Notes under the pieces: model-generated
What the model saw: only the letters and a program-made list of their open reading frames with translations
The model's database searches: none
What the model was told of the DNA's origin: nothing
Position numbers and translations under genes: made by a program
Origin: Lama glama
Taxonomy: Eukaryota
Length of the DNA: 64,000 nt
Direction: 5' to 3'
Assembly: GCA_028534125.1 (NCBI GenBank)
Contig: CM052832.1
Span: 13,146,001-13,210,000 of the forward strand
In this document: positions 25,310-36,709 of the stretch, piece by piece
Layout of the letters: every line of letters begins with the position of its first letter
Numbering within the stretch: position 1 is the first letter of the stretch

Positions 25310-26135
25310 ACATTCAGTCACTTGATAATTGATACTGATCCTCATTTGCTATTGAGAGTCTTCTCTGTGCCAAGCATAATGAGAAGGGCTGAGGCTATAG
25401 TGGTGAACAAGACAGACAAACTTTCTCCTCTCATAGAACTCACATTGGGGTAGGGTAGGGGGGGATATAAACAAAAATGCACTTAAAAGTCAAGCCCAAT
25501 GTGTCTGCTCAAGATAAGTGTTCTACAAATAAAGCTTATAGTTATTGGGGATACTTTAGACAAAATGTGCGGGTGATATTGAGCTGAGATCCAAAGGAAG
25601 AGAAAGCCAGCTGGGGGAAGATTTGCAGGGAGGGTGATTCAGACTGGGAGAACAGCAGGTACAAAGGCCCTGTGGCAGAAAAGACCTTGCTATGCTTCCC
25701 AAACTGCAGAGGGGTGGGTAGTGTGTCTGGATCAGTGTGAGAGCTGGGGGAGTAGAGGATGAGGCCAGAGAGGAAACGAGAGGTATAGATCATGGCCCTG
25801 TGCCCCTGCTAAGGAGTTTGGTTTATTATTGTAACAGCAGTTGAGGACTGGGATTAAATTGGGAGTAACATGATCTGATTGGCCTTCTAAAAAATTTTTT
25901 CTGGTTACTGTGAAGAGAATGGACTGGTGGGTAGAGATAGGAACTGAAACGCTTTGCCAGGCAGGAGGCCACTGTGGTGTCCAAGTGAGAGATAATAGTG
26001 ATGGTGGCGTGGGGAAGAGTAGACAGATTTGGGATTTGTTTTTGAAGTAGAAAAATTTTAAGACTTGATGAATGGGACAAGAAGGGGCATAAGGGAGAGA
26101 AGAATTGAGCATGCTTCCTACATTTCTATTTTAAG
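25310..26135 (-). mobile_element. LINE-2 fragment
   Basis: tattgagagtcttctctgtgccaagca...gagaacagcaggtacaaaggccctgtggcag...taaggagtttgg...gtccaagtgagagataatagtg...gatttgtttttgaagtaga. Confidence 0.85.
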
Positions 26136-27254
26136 CTAGTGGCTTAACAACTGCACAAGGCAGATATGTGACTGAGTACACAGATAAGGAACCTGAGGTT
26201 AAGTAGCTTGTCCAGGGTCACAGAATTACCATGTTGCTGTGTGGAGATTCCAGCTTCAATTCTGAGGCCAGAGCTTATGCTCTTTTCCCTTGGTCACTCA
26301 GCATAGGAGGAACAATTATTATAATAATTAATAATAATAAAAATGCAAATAGCTCCAGGAAGGAAAGTTCTTTAAGCCATGTGAAAATTGCTTTTTAGAC
26401 CTTGGCCAGATTGCTTGGCAGAGAGACAGTGCACACGGGTAAGAAATGGGATCTGAAAGGGGAGATGGGTGAGTGCCAGGGGCTGGGTGCCAATGTCCCT
26501 CTCCTCCTCAGCTCTCTCCTTGTCTTCCTGCCTGTTAGGATGGGGAGCAGGGCAAGGGGAGATGGCGATGTGATGGGGAGCCTTCCAGTTCTCTTCAGCG
26601 GTTCCTTTGGGAGCAGCCTTGATGAAACTGGAGATGGGAAATGGGAGAGTGAGAATGTGAGGGGCACTGCTGGCCTGGGTGGGGCTTGGGGAGACCCTGG
26701 GTTTTAGTAATGCAGGTGCTCCCCATGGCACCTCCAGATGGGCTCAGGATTCAGAGTTCAGTCTCAGTGTTCCTGGCAAGCTGAGTAACACTGGCACACC
26801 TCAGCCCCAGCTGCCTTGCCTTGCCTATAGAATGTGTACCTTGTACCCTATGTAATTGATACATAGGGTGAGTAGGGTGTCATAGGTTATGTACCCAACA
26901 AAGGATTTGGTGCAGGCTATATCAATGGTTAATGTGGCTCTCTCCCACCCTCCCTGACTGTCTGGGGTTGGCCAGATATTTGGTGAACTGCTCCATAGAG
27001 AAATGGGGTGCTGCTGGCAGGCCCCTCAGGCCCCAGGGTCTCTCCAGCCTCCTCAGGGTTCCTGTTTCTCCCTGATGGTGGCTCACCTGTCCCCAGTCTG
27101 ATCTCCTCAGTGAAGGCTGTACAACAGCTGATAGGCAATGGTGGGTGAGGACATGCGGGCACTCAAGTTCCTCCTCCAGCCCAGCATTAGGGAGCATGGA
27201 GGGGAGAACATGGGACAACTGTAGAAGCCATCTTGTTCTCCACAGGCCTTTTGT

Positions 27255-27495
27255 GAGCACTTATTGTATGCTAGGCATTGAATTGCAATTTACTGTATTT
27301 TTGGACACTGTTCTGTTTTGCATATATGAACTTTTAATTCTCAGAAAACCTATAGGAGAGGGACTATTATTATCCCCAGTTTACAGATGGAGATACTAAG
27401 GCACTGAGGCTAAGTGAGGTCATACAGATAAGGGGCAGAGCTGGGTTTTAGACCCAGCATTGAAGCTCCAAGTCTGTGCTCTCAACCTTTTACCA
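27255..27495 (-). mobile_element. MIR SINE
   Basis: gagcacttattgtatgctaggca...attattatccccagtttacagatggagatactaaggcactgag. Confidence 0.8.
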
Positions 27496-29187
27496 CAGGT
27501 TGGAGGGATCCTTAGGGAAACTTGTTGGAAAGAAGTTAAACCATCTTTTCTCAGCCTTTTGAGCCTCATGGACCTCTGAGAAACATGATGAAAGCTCTCC
27601 AAAAAAACAATGCTTCCATGGACAAGTGTCCCACATTTTGCTTATAGTTTCAGGGGGTACATGGACCTCTGTTAGGAACCTCTAGTCCAGAAAAAGCTGA
27701 GACGAGTGCTCTAGGTTGTTTCCTTCTATTCCATAGCCAGTCATTGCTGGTGCAACCATGCAGCATTTATGGGCTTTGTTTAGAGACAATCAAGATGTGT
27801 GATTATCAGTTAACCTAGCAATTTAGTTCATGTGTAAATGTGTCTCCCCTCAGATTGGGACTTGCTGAATGCAGGGCTGTGTCTCCTCTCAGACTACTGC
27901 TCACTGAGGACAGGACAGCTTTCTCCTTCAAATTCAGTCTCCTTGAAGGCAGTTCCATGTCATCACCTTTCACTGGGGCTCCATAAGGGCAGGGCTGTGT
28001 CTTTCCTCACACTGGGGCTTCCTGAGGGCAGGGCTGTGTCTCTCCTCAGACTGAGGCCCCAGAGGGCAGGGCTGTGTCTCTCCTAAGATTGGGGCTCCCT
28101 GAGGCTGGGGCCATGTCTTCCTTCATATCGGGGCTCCCTGAGAGCAGGGCTGTGTCTCCCCTGAGACTGGGGCAACCTGAGGACATGGCTCTGTCTCCCA
28201 CTCAGACTGAGGCTCCCTGAGGGCAGGGCTGTGTCCCCCCTGAGACTGGGGCTCCCTGACAGCAGGACTGTGTCCCTCTTCAGACTAGGGTCCCTGAAGG
28301 CAGGGCTATGTCTTCCCTTAAATTCAGAGTCCCTGAGGGCAGGGCTGTGTCTTCCCTCAGAATGGGGCTCCCTGAGCAGGGCTTTGTCTCTCCTCAGACT
28401 GGGGCACCCTTAGAACGGGGCTGTGTCTCCCCCTCACTGAGGCTCCCTGAGTGCAAGGCTGTGTCTCCCCTCAGACTGGGGCTTCTTGAATTCGGGCTGG
28501 GGCTACCCCTGAGTCTGGGGCTCCCTGAGGATAAGGCTAGTCTCCTCTCAGACTGAGGCTCCCTAAGGGCAGGGCTTTGTCTCTCCTCAGATTGGGGTAC
28601 CCTAAGGATGGGGCTGTGTCTCCCCCTCAGACCAAGTCTCCCTGAGTACAAGGCAGTGTCTTCCCTCAGTCTGAGGGCAAGGCTGTGTCTCCCCTGAGGC
28701 AGGGCTGTGGCTCTCCTCAGACTGGGGTCCCTTAAGGCATGGCTGTGTCTCCCCTCAGATTCAGGGTGCCTGAGGGGAGGGCTGTGTCTCCACTCAGACT
28801 GGGGCTCTCTGAGGGCAGGGCTGTGTCCCCCCTCAGACTGGGGCTCCTTGAGTTCGGGCTGGAGCTACCCCTCATTCTGGGCTCCCTGAGGATGGGTCTA
28901 GTCTCACCTCAGATTAGGGCTCTCTGAGGGCAGCGCTGTGTCTCCCCTCAGATTCAGGGTCCCTGTGGGCCGGATTGTGTCTTCCCTTAGACGGGGGCTC
29001 CCTGAGGGCAGGGCTGTGTCTCCCCTCAGATTCAGGGTCCCTGAGGGCAGGGCTGTGTTCCCTCAGACTGGGATTCCCTGATGACATGGGTGTGTCTCTC
29101 CTCAGACTGGGGTCCCTGAAGGCAAGGCTGTGTCTCCTCTCAAACTGGGGCTCCTTGAAGACAGGGCTGTGTCTCTCCCTCAGTCTT

Positions 29188-29841
29188 TTTTTTTTTTTNN
29201 NNNNNNNNNNNNNNNNNNNNNNNNNNNNNNNNNNNNNNNNNNNNNNNNNNNNNNNNNNNNNNNNNNNNNNNNNNNNNNNNNNNNNNNNNNNNNNNNNNNN
29301 NNNNNNNNNNNNNNNNNNNNNNNNNNNNNNNNNNNNNNNNNNNNNNNNNNNNNNNNNNNNNNNNNNNNNNNNNNNNNNNNNNNNNNNNNNNNNNNNNNNN
29401 NNNNNNNNNNNNNNNNNNNNNNNNNNNNNNNNNNNNNNNNNNNNNNNNNNNNNNNNNNNNNNNNNNNNNNNNNNNNNNNNNNNNNNNNNNNNNNNNNNNN
29501 NNNNNNNNNNNNNNNNNNNNNNNNNNNNNNNNNNNNNNNNNNNNNNNNNNNNNNNNNNNNNNNNNNNNNNNNNNNNNNNNNNNNNNNNNNNNNNNNNNNN
29601 NNNNNNNNNNNNNNNNNNNNNNNNNNNNNNNNNNNNNNNNNNNNNNNNNNNNNNNNNNNNNNNNNNNNNNNNNNNNNNNNNNNNNNNNNNNNNNNNNNAT
29701 TGTTTCTTTACTTTCTTTTTCTGTTGATTTATCGTTAGTGTAAAGAAATGCAACTGATTTTTGAACATTAATTTTGTAACCTGCTACCTTGCTGAATTCT
29801 TCAATCAGCTCTAGTAGCTTTTGTGTGGACCTTTTAGGGTT
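29188..29841 (-). mobile_element. Young 5'-truncated LINE-1 insertion, interior unsequenced
   Basis: Poly(T) up to 29198 is the antisense poly(A) tail. Minus strand 29841-29699 translates openly as [47 protein letters not shown], the L1 ORF2 RT region just after the FADD motif. Perfect 14-bp TSD tctccctcagtctt at 29174-29187 and 29842-29855. Confidence 0.93.
29199..29698. other. Assembly gap (500 N)
   Basis: Run of exactly 500 N. Confidence 1.
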
Positions 29842-31120
29842 TCTCCCTCAGTCTTGGTTCCCTGAGACAAGGCTGGGGCTCCTCCTCAGAGTAAGGCTCC
29901 CTGAGGGCAGGGCTGTGTCTCTCCTCAGACTGGGGTCCCTGAAGGCAGGCTGTGTCTTCCCTGAGACTGGGGATCCCTGAGGGTAGGGCTGTGTCTCCCC
30001 TCAGACTGGGGCTTCCTGAGGGTGGGGCTGTATCTCCCCTCAGACTGGAGTCCCTGAATGCTGGTCTGTGTGTCCCCTCAGGGTTCCTGAGGGCCAGGCT
30101 GAGCCTTTCCTCAGACTGGGGCTCCCTGAGGGCAGGGCTAGGACTCCCCCTCAGATTGGTGCTCCTTGAGGACAGGACACTTTTCTCCATCAAGTATAGG
30201 CTCCCTGAAGGTAGGTCTGTGCCTCACCTCTCAGTGTTTTCTCTCTCAGATTCAGGCTCCCAGACAGTGGCTGTGTCTCCCCTCAGACTGGGGCCCTGTA
30301 AGGTAGCACTGTCTTTACATCAGATTCATGCTATCTGGGGTGGGCTGGGGTAGGGGTGAGGCTGGGTCTCCTTTTCAGACCATAGCTCCCTGAGGGCAGA
30401 CTTGTGTCTCCCTCTCAGAATGGGACGCCCTGAGATCATGGCTTTGTTTCCTCTCTCTGACTGGATGCCCCCAGCTTCTACCTTGACTCTTTTAAGCCTC
30501 TCAGTGGGAAGGTATTACCCTAGGCCCACTTCTTTATCACCAGGCATTTCTCATTTTGGCCTTTCCAGTGCTTTCTGCCTTGCTGGGCCTTTTGACCTCA
30601 CTGCCCATTGCATGATCATTATTGCTGCCACTGATTTGGAAATGATTCCTTAGGGAGTGTGGGGAGGAAAGAAGTATTTGGCTCTGCTTCCCTGGCCTTG
30701 ATTTAGGGGACAAAAGAAGCCAAGCTCCAGGCTGCTGCATGGAATGCTGAAGGATTTTATGCTCTTTTAGGGAAAAAATATATTTTGCCTGTTGGGAAAA
30801 ATTTCTCTTTGAGTTCTCCAAAGACTCAAAAGTGGAGAAAAGCACCTATGGTCTGATCTCTCTGTGTCCTTGCAATTTGGGCCCTCCTTTGATGTGGAAG
30901 ACCTGGTTTTCTACCCTTTGGCTTCTTACTGGCTGTGTGCCTGTGGGCAAGTCATTTCCATCTCTGAGCTTTGGAGTTCTCACTGGATCAGAGTAAGGGT
31001 CATATAAGAGCTTTCAAGTGGTGTACATACATGTATCTTAGCAGTACAGGAAACTGAGGCCCTAAGACCCAATGTTCCAACATGTGGTGTTTGGACTGTT
31101 GCCATCAAAAACACAACGTT

Positions 31121-31222
31121 GGGAGGGTGGGTACAGCTCAGTGGTAGAGCACATGCTTAGCATGCATGAGGTCCTGGGTTCAATACCCAGTACCTCCATT
31201 TAAAACAAACAAACAAATAAAC
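31121..31222 (+). mobile_element. tRNA-derived SINE (Vic-1-like) inside a MER5-like remnant
   Basis: gggtacagctcagtggtagagcacatgcttagcatgcatgaggtcctgggttcaatacccagtacctcca + (aaac)n tail; retains an AGC (Ala) anticodon-like loop. Confidence 0.88.
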
Positions 31223-31824
31223 CCAGTGTGTATAGGGGAGCTTGGGTGGTTAAGTTTTTCAAAACACGGCTTCCAGGGCCCTGACCAGATTTATAAAACC
31301 AGACTCAGGGAATGGGGCCCAAGTCTGCCTTTTTATAACTAGGGGCAGGAGCAAGGCCCAGAAAGTGAGAGACCCATTGCTTATGGGGTGAAGCCACCAT
31401 CTCTAGGCCAAGAGAGCACATTCAGCGACCCTAAGGCTTCTGTCAGGACAAGCAGTTAGGGTGAGACATGGATAGGGGTAAGTGTGGATGAATGAGGGAT
31501 CAGAGGTGGGTATAAGGTGCAAGGACCCAGGCAAAGGAGCAGAGGATCCTCAAGGAAGGGAAGCCAAGGAGGAGCCTGAGATGGGGGTGAGGGAGGCTGT
31601 CCTCAGTCAGTGGAGAATTCAATGTACACTTTACAACGGGGCACTGGGAATGTATGTGATGGGGTGGGCTTCCTTGGATCTGTAAGTGTAGAGGTGGCTT
31701 GTGTTACCCATCCTGTCTCTCCTTTATCACCAAGTGAGTCTGAGCATTCTCCAAGAGAGTGACTGTTCTGCTCAGCACCATGTTGATGATGACTGACCTG
31801 TCTGATGAGCCTCACTATGTCTAA

Positions 31825-31980
31825 GTGCTCCACAGCAGCCCTAAGGGAAGAACTATTTTTAACCCCATTTTACAGATGGGGAAACTGAGGCACAAGGAAG
31901 TTACATAACTTGTCCAGAACTGGGATGTGAACCCAGCTTGTCTGACTGCATCCCAGACGTTTAAACATTAGGCTCTACAG
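31825..31980 (-). mobile_element. MIR SINE
   Basis: ccccattttacagatggggaaactgaggcacaaggaagttacataacttgtcca. Confidence 0.8.
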
Positions 31981-32535
31981 CTAAGAGGAAGTATAGGGTC
32001 TGGCCCTGAGCATGACCAGGTCAGGAAACCAGAGCCTCGTTCACCCATCTGGCCATTCCTTTTGGTTTCCCTTCATCCATCCAGTTTTCCAGGGCCCTGC
32101 TCTGAGTCAGGTGCTGGTCTGGCTTGGAGCAGAGTTGAGGCCCCTGCCCCATGTGAGAGATAGAGGCACCCCTAATTTTTGCAGTCCTTGGTGTGCTGAG
32201 TATAGTAATGGGTCCTACAAGTCAGAGGATTGCACGGTATGGGCCAGAGAGAGCTCAGGGGAGGCAGGGGGAAATGGTTGTTAGTCAGTGTCTGTCCAGG
32301 GAAGGCAAAATTGAGGAGAACTAATAGGAATGGTTCTGTAAGGATAATCTCAGCAGAGGGCTCAGTGAGAGTCTCAAGGTCACTGGGCAGGGAGCCACCG
32401 AAGCTAGGTAGGTTCTATTTCTTAGTCCAGCTGTGTGCCTCTTGCTCAGGTTGGCCCGATCTGCTTCTCTTTGAAGGTAAGACCTCATATCTTGTCTCCT
32501 GCTCTCTCTTTCAATCACTTTCTCTCTCTTTCATG

Positions 32536-32588
32536 CACACAGACGCACACACACACACAGACACACGCACACGCACACATACAGACAT
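32536..32588. repeat. Interrupted (CA)n microsatellite
   Basis: cacacagacgcacacacacacacagacacacgcacacgcacacatacagaca. Confidence 0.9.
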
Positions 32589-35214
32589 CTAGCTGAAATC
32601 CAGGGTTTCACTTTCTTGCTAGCCTAGACATGACTAAACCTGAGCTCCAGATCTAAACCTGAGGAGACCCAGACCTTGGAGCAGTCAATTGACTTCTCTC
32701 CAAGTCTCACATTCCTAATTTATAAAGGAATTAGAAAAGGTGACCTCTGAAGACCCTTCCAACTTGAACATTCTAGGACTTTATATAATTATAGACTTTC
32801 GCTATAGAATTCAAAAATCAACCTCAGCACTTGATTTAGTAGAAGAGTCCCCCTACCACACCCACTCCCCACTCCCATCCCCAACCATGCCTTATGTTCC
32901 CCCACTGTAGAGTCATCTTTGGAATTTAAGCATTTTTCTCCTTTGTTTAAGTCAAGGGAGATGCTCCTGCCCTGAATCCTAGCACATGGCAGGAGGAGGA
33001 GGTCAACCCATGTAAAGGTCAGGCCACCTCAGTGTGGATGAGCATATATAAAAGTGGTATCTTACCTGTAGCTCCTGTTGCCTACTTTTCAGAGCTGCTT
33101 GGGTATCATTTCATCTGATGCTCACTCAGTGGGCTGGGAGGTTTATCAGATGGTTTCCAAAGTAACAACCACTGGGAGTAGGTCTGGTAGAAGAGTGATG
33201 GGGACCAGCAGAGGGGTTCTGTGTTTTGGGGTCATGGAGGGATAGCTGCCTTTGGAGAAAGGCCCCTGAATGGAGAGACTGGAGCAGAGGATGGGGACTT
33301 GGGGATCCCTCTCTTGGGGACATGTCTGGGAATCTGCTTGGGGACTGGAGCTGGGATGATTTATGAACACGATGTGGGGCCTCCTCAGGCAGCAGAGGAT
33401 GCTATATGCTTGCACCAGTCTGCTGCTGCATCTGTCTGTCTATCTATTGGTTGGTCTTTGGCTCTTACCTCAGAGTGAGGGCATGGGTGGTGGGGTTGAC
33501 TGCGGGTCAAGTTGTCCAGACAGGCTATCACTGCTGATGGCTTTGATGATGATGACTCAGGGGAGGTCTCCTTCTAGACCTTTCTGGCTCTGCCACTGCT
33601 TGCTGTGGGGCATGACCACTCCCTGCCCCTCCCTGGGCCTCAGTCTCCGCCCCTCTCAAGGAGAAGGTAGAACAGATGATCCTGAGGGTCCCATCCAGCT
33701 CTGACATTTGGAGTTGGCTGACAGGAAGCCACACAACCTGGTATTGATTGTTTCTCTTCTCTGGGGAAAGGGTGCAAGGAGCACAGGGGCTTAAGGGGGA
33801 GCATGGGAGTGGAGGGGGTAGTTGAGAAAACCCCTGGGAACATCTGGGAAGGAGATCAGACATGGCTGAGATGGCTGGCAAGGGCAGAGACTGACTTTAG
33901 GGCAGTGTAGGAAGGAGTCAGTAACTCCAACAGGTGGGAGGACTCACAGGAAGCCCTTCAGCAATGAAGCCCTTGCCCGAGTCAACAAGGGTCTTTAATG
34001 AGCAGTCTCCTGGTGGGCACCTCGGGGAGGCTGTGTGAAGCACACCTCAGATCTGTCCTTGGTGGGGGAGTGACAGAGCTGTGTATTTATCCCCCAGTTC
34101 TCACCCATCATTGGTTGAGGGCTGCCCTGGGTAACATAAACTTCCTGGTATTTGCAGCCCTGCCCGCCAGAGAAATTCCTTGGGAGAGAAGCAGGAGGAA
34201 ACCATGGGTATGTACAGGAACTAGGAGGGCTGAGGAGATAGGGTAGAGCAGCAACAATCTTAAAGATGGCACTATTGTCTCTATTGTACAGATGAGGAAA
34301 CAGGCTCAGAAAGGTTGAGTCACTTCCCAGCCAGAGACTAAGTTTCCACTGGGGTGTGTTGCTTCCTGACAGCAGTAGGTCATTGTAGAGTGAGGGACAC
34401 CAGATGTGCAGGACATGCTCTTATCTGATCTCCCTGTGCCTCTACTTCCACATCTGTTAGATGGGATGATGCCTACCCAGTACTGACCTTGCAGGGCGGG
34501 GTGAGAATTGGGAGCTAATATTTGCAGAACACTTAGCACAGTGCCTGGGGTTCAGTGAGTGGGAGTGGTGATTGCACAGAGGCAGGGCAGGAGGGGCTCA
34601 GCACCTGTTCAAAGACCTCTCTGCCCCAAAACGTTGTGTCCATCATCTTGCTGCCTGACCTCCAGTCTGATTGTTAGGGCCATGTGTTAGCTCTGGTCTT
34701 GACCACAGAAAGACCCTGTTCAAATGAGTCTGCATCCCCTGAGAGGTGTTATTCATTAATCCATCGGCACAGATGAGATGATTGAATAAACTGGCTGTAT
34801 GTGGAGCCCTGAGAGAAAGGGACATTGAATGGATAAGTTTTGATGGCTTGATTTTATTGTATTTTTTCAGAGACAGAGAAATGGTAGGAGGAGAATTTCT
34901 AGAACAGAATTTCTAGAACTTTTGGGCAGATGTGGCTTTGGCCAGAGAACAAGGAGCAGCAGGATCCAGGGCACTGGGGTGCGCAGGAGCGCGTGGTGAT
35001 GGTGGAGGAGGGAGGTAGGGATCACCACACATCCTAGGGAGGAACCTCTGGGGCCTGCCCAGCTTTAATGATCCCTAATAACTGTGCTGAAAGAGCCTCC
35101 TGCTTCCTGTTTTGCTGGAGGCCAGGCCCGAGGCATCCTCCTGGTCTCAGTAACAGCCTGAATCCTCTGAGATCCTTGGGCTGCGCTAACTCCTGCTCTC
35201 TCCCCCTCTTTCAG

Positions 35215-35255
35215 GAACCTTTTGGACAAAGATATGTTCTCCAAGTCTGACCCAC
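35215..35255 (+). CDS. CPNE5: Copine-5 exon 2 (41 nt)
   Basis: Branch gctaac, pyrimidine tract, ttcag|G AAC CTT TTG GAC AAA GAT ATG TTC TCC AAG TCT GAC CCA C|gtaagt = (R)NLLDKDMFSKSDP(L), the C2 Ca2+-loop 1 motif. Confidence 0.97.
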
Positions 35256-36046
35256 GTAAGTCCTGCTCTGACAGTAATAATAGTAACAACAGCGTTATGA
35301 CTACTGCAGCAGCCAACACTGGAGCCTGTCCTGAGTGCTCACTACGTGCTAGGCACCATTCCCACTGCATCCAGGTTGTCCAACATTTCATGGATACTGT
35401 CTGGAGAAACAGAACTGGGGCGGGGCTGGGGAAGTGTATGTATGTTTGATCCTTCCCAGACCCTGTACTTTTGAAGCTTCAACACAACCAAGCAGGCGGG
35501 GAGGCGTCAGGGTGTCTGGGGCCAGAAGGTCTTAGTCCTAGGGAAACCCATATATTTAAGAACCCCAGCTGGCTGTGGTCTGGGGGGACAAACACTGATT
35601 TTGGAACCCAAGATTCTATCCCTAGGCAATGCCACTCAAGTGTATGACCACAGACAGGTCATTTGCCTCCTCTGAGCCTCAGTTTTCCCATCAGTGAAGT
35701 GGGGCTGATGGTAATAATAGGCCTCATGAGGCTGCCTTGGGCTCTAAAGGGACAAGGCAGGTTTCAGATTCTCTCTCCTGCCACACCTCTGCCACCCAGT
35801 CCACTGTCATGCCCACTTGTCTTCCTGCCTCACACTTCACACTTACTCTGGCCTAGATGCAAATAACCCCTGACCCTCCTCCCAGAGGATTCCCCTCCCA
35901 GACATACCCATGTTCTAGGTCCCCTTCTCTATGCCAACCCCTCCATCTCCCCCGACCCAACACTGCTAACCCAGGACCTTCCTGTCTGGGGCCACACCTT
36001 CCTCTTCGCTAAGGAAGCTAACCCTCTTTTTCTCCTCTCCTCACAG

Positions 36047-36093
36047 TATGCGTCATGTATACTCAAGGGATGGAGAACAAGCAGTGGCGGGAG
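36047..36093 (+). CDS. CPNE5: Copine-5 exon 3 (47 nt)
   Basis: gctaac + pyrimidine tract + cacag|TA TGC GTC ATG...CGG GAG|gtacgt = (L)CVMYTQGMENKQWRE; phase 1 in, phase 0 out. Confidence 0.96.
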
Positions 36094-36709
36094 GTACGTA
36101 CAGCCTCTTTCCCACCCTGGAAACACTAACCTGTCTCTGGTGTCTGTCTTGTCATCTAACTCTGGAGTCATCCCACTTGATGTGTTTCCAAATGCAGCAC
36201 CTAAGCCCCGTGAAGGATAGTACGGTGTGCAGAGGGGAGAGTCTTGTCCCTGCTAATGCAGGAAGAGACTGAAGATAGAGGGAAAGTTTCTGTCCTCAGG
36301 GAGCCCTAGTCTGTTTGGGGAGACAGGGAGTCCAGGCCCAGCAAGATCATGGCCTGAGACATGTGTACAGTGTTTAGCACCGCGTCTCTGCCACAGCAGC
36401 CTTCCTGTGGATTTTGACTAATGTGGCTAACTAACAGCTTTAGTTAGGTGATTCTCCTGCTCAGAAACCTTCAGTGACTCCCCTCTGCTTGAATCAAGTT
36501 TCAGTTTCTTAGTCTGACTTCCAAGCTCTGCCATAATCCGGGACGACCCACTTTTCCATCCTTGTCTCAATTCCATTGTTCCTACCTGAGTCCATGTGCC
36601 TTTTGCCCCTTGTGACAGGATGTATAAGGAGAGGGCAGACTTGAAGGGCTCACTCTCAAGAATCACAGGGACTTTTAGTGGGTAGGTGTGGGTCTCCTAA
36701 ATACCATCA

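Larger units (their letters stand above)
27840..30465. repeat. Degenerate ~40-bp minisatellite, roughly 45-50 visible units, split by an L1 insertion and a gap
   Basis: Consensus approximately CTCAGACTGGGGCTCCCTGAGGGCAGGGCTGTGTCTCCC(C), repeated head to tail on both sides of the gap; unit count estimated from length. Confidence 0.95.

Noticed and set aside
27838..30353. Repetitive ORFs (LRLGLPEGRAVS..., and the 284/250/202-aa ORFs)
   Set aside because: They are translations of the tandem repeat, and the long ones are extended artificially through the N gap.
27840..30465. CRISPR-like array (palindromic repeats at regular spacing)
   Set aside because: Units are contiguous with no unique spacers, there are no cas genes, and the context is a mammalian intron; it is a minisatellite.
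32450..32476. 27-nt microexon candidate in intron 1 (ctcag|...GAAG|gtaaga)
   Set aside because: Short pyrimidine tract with competing upstream AGs and an in-frame TGA; nothing else supports it.
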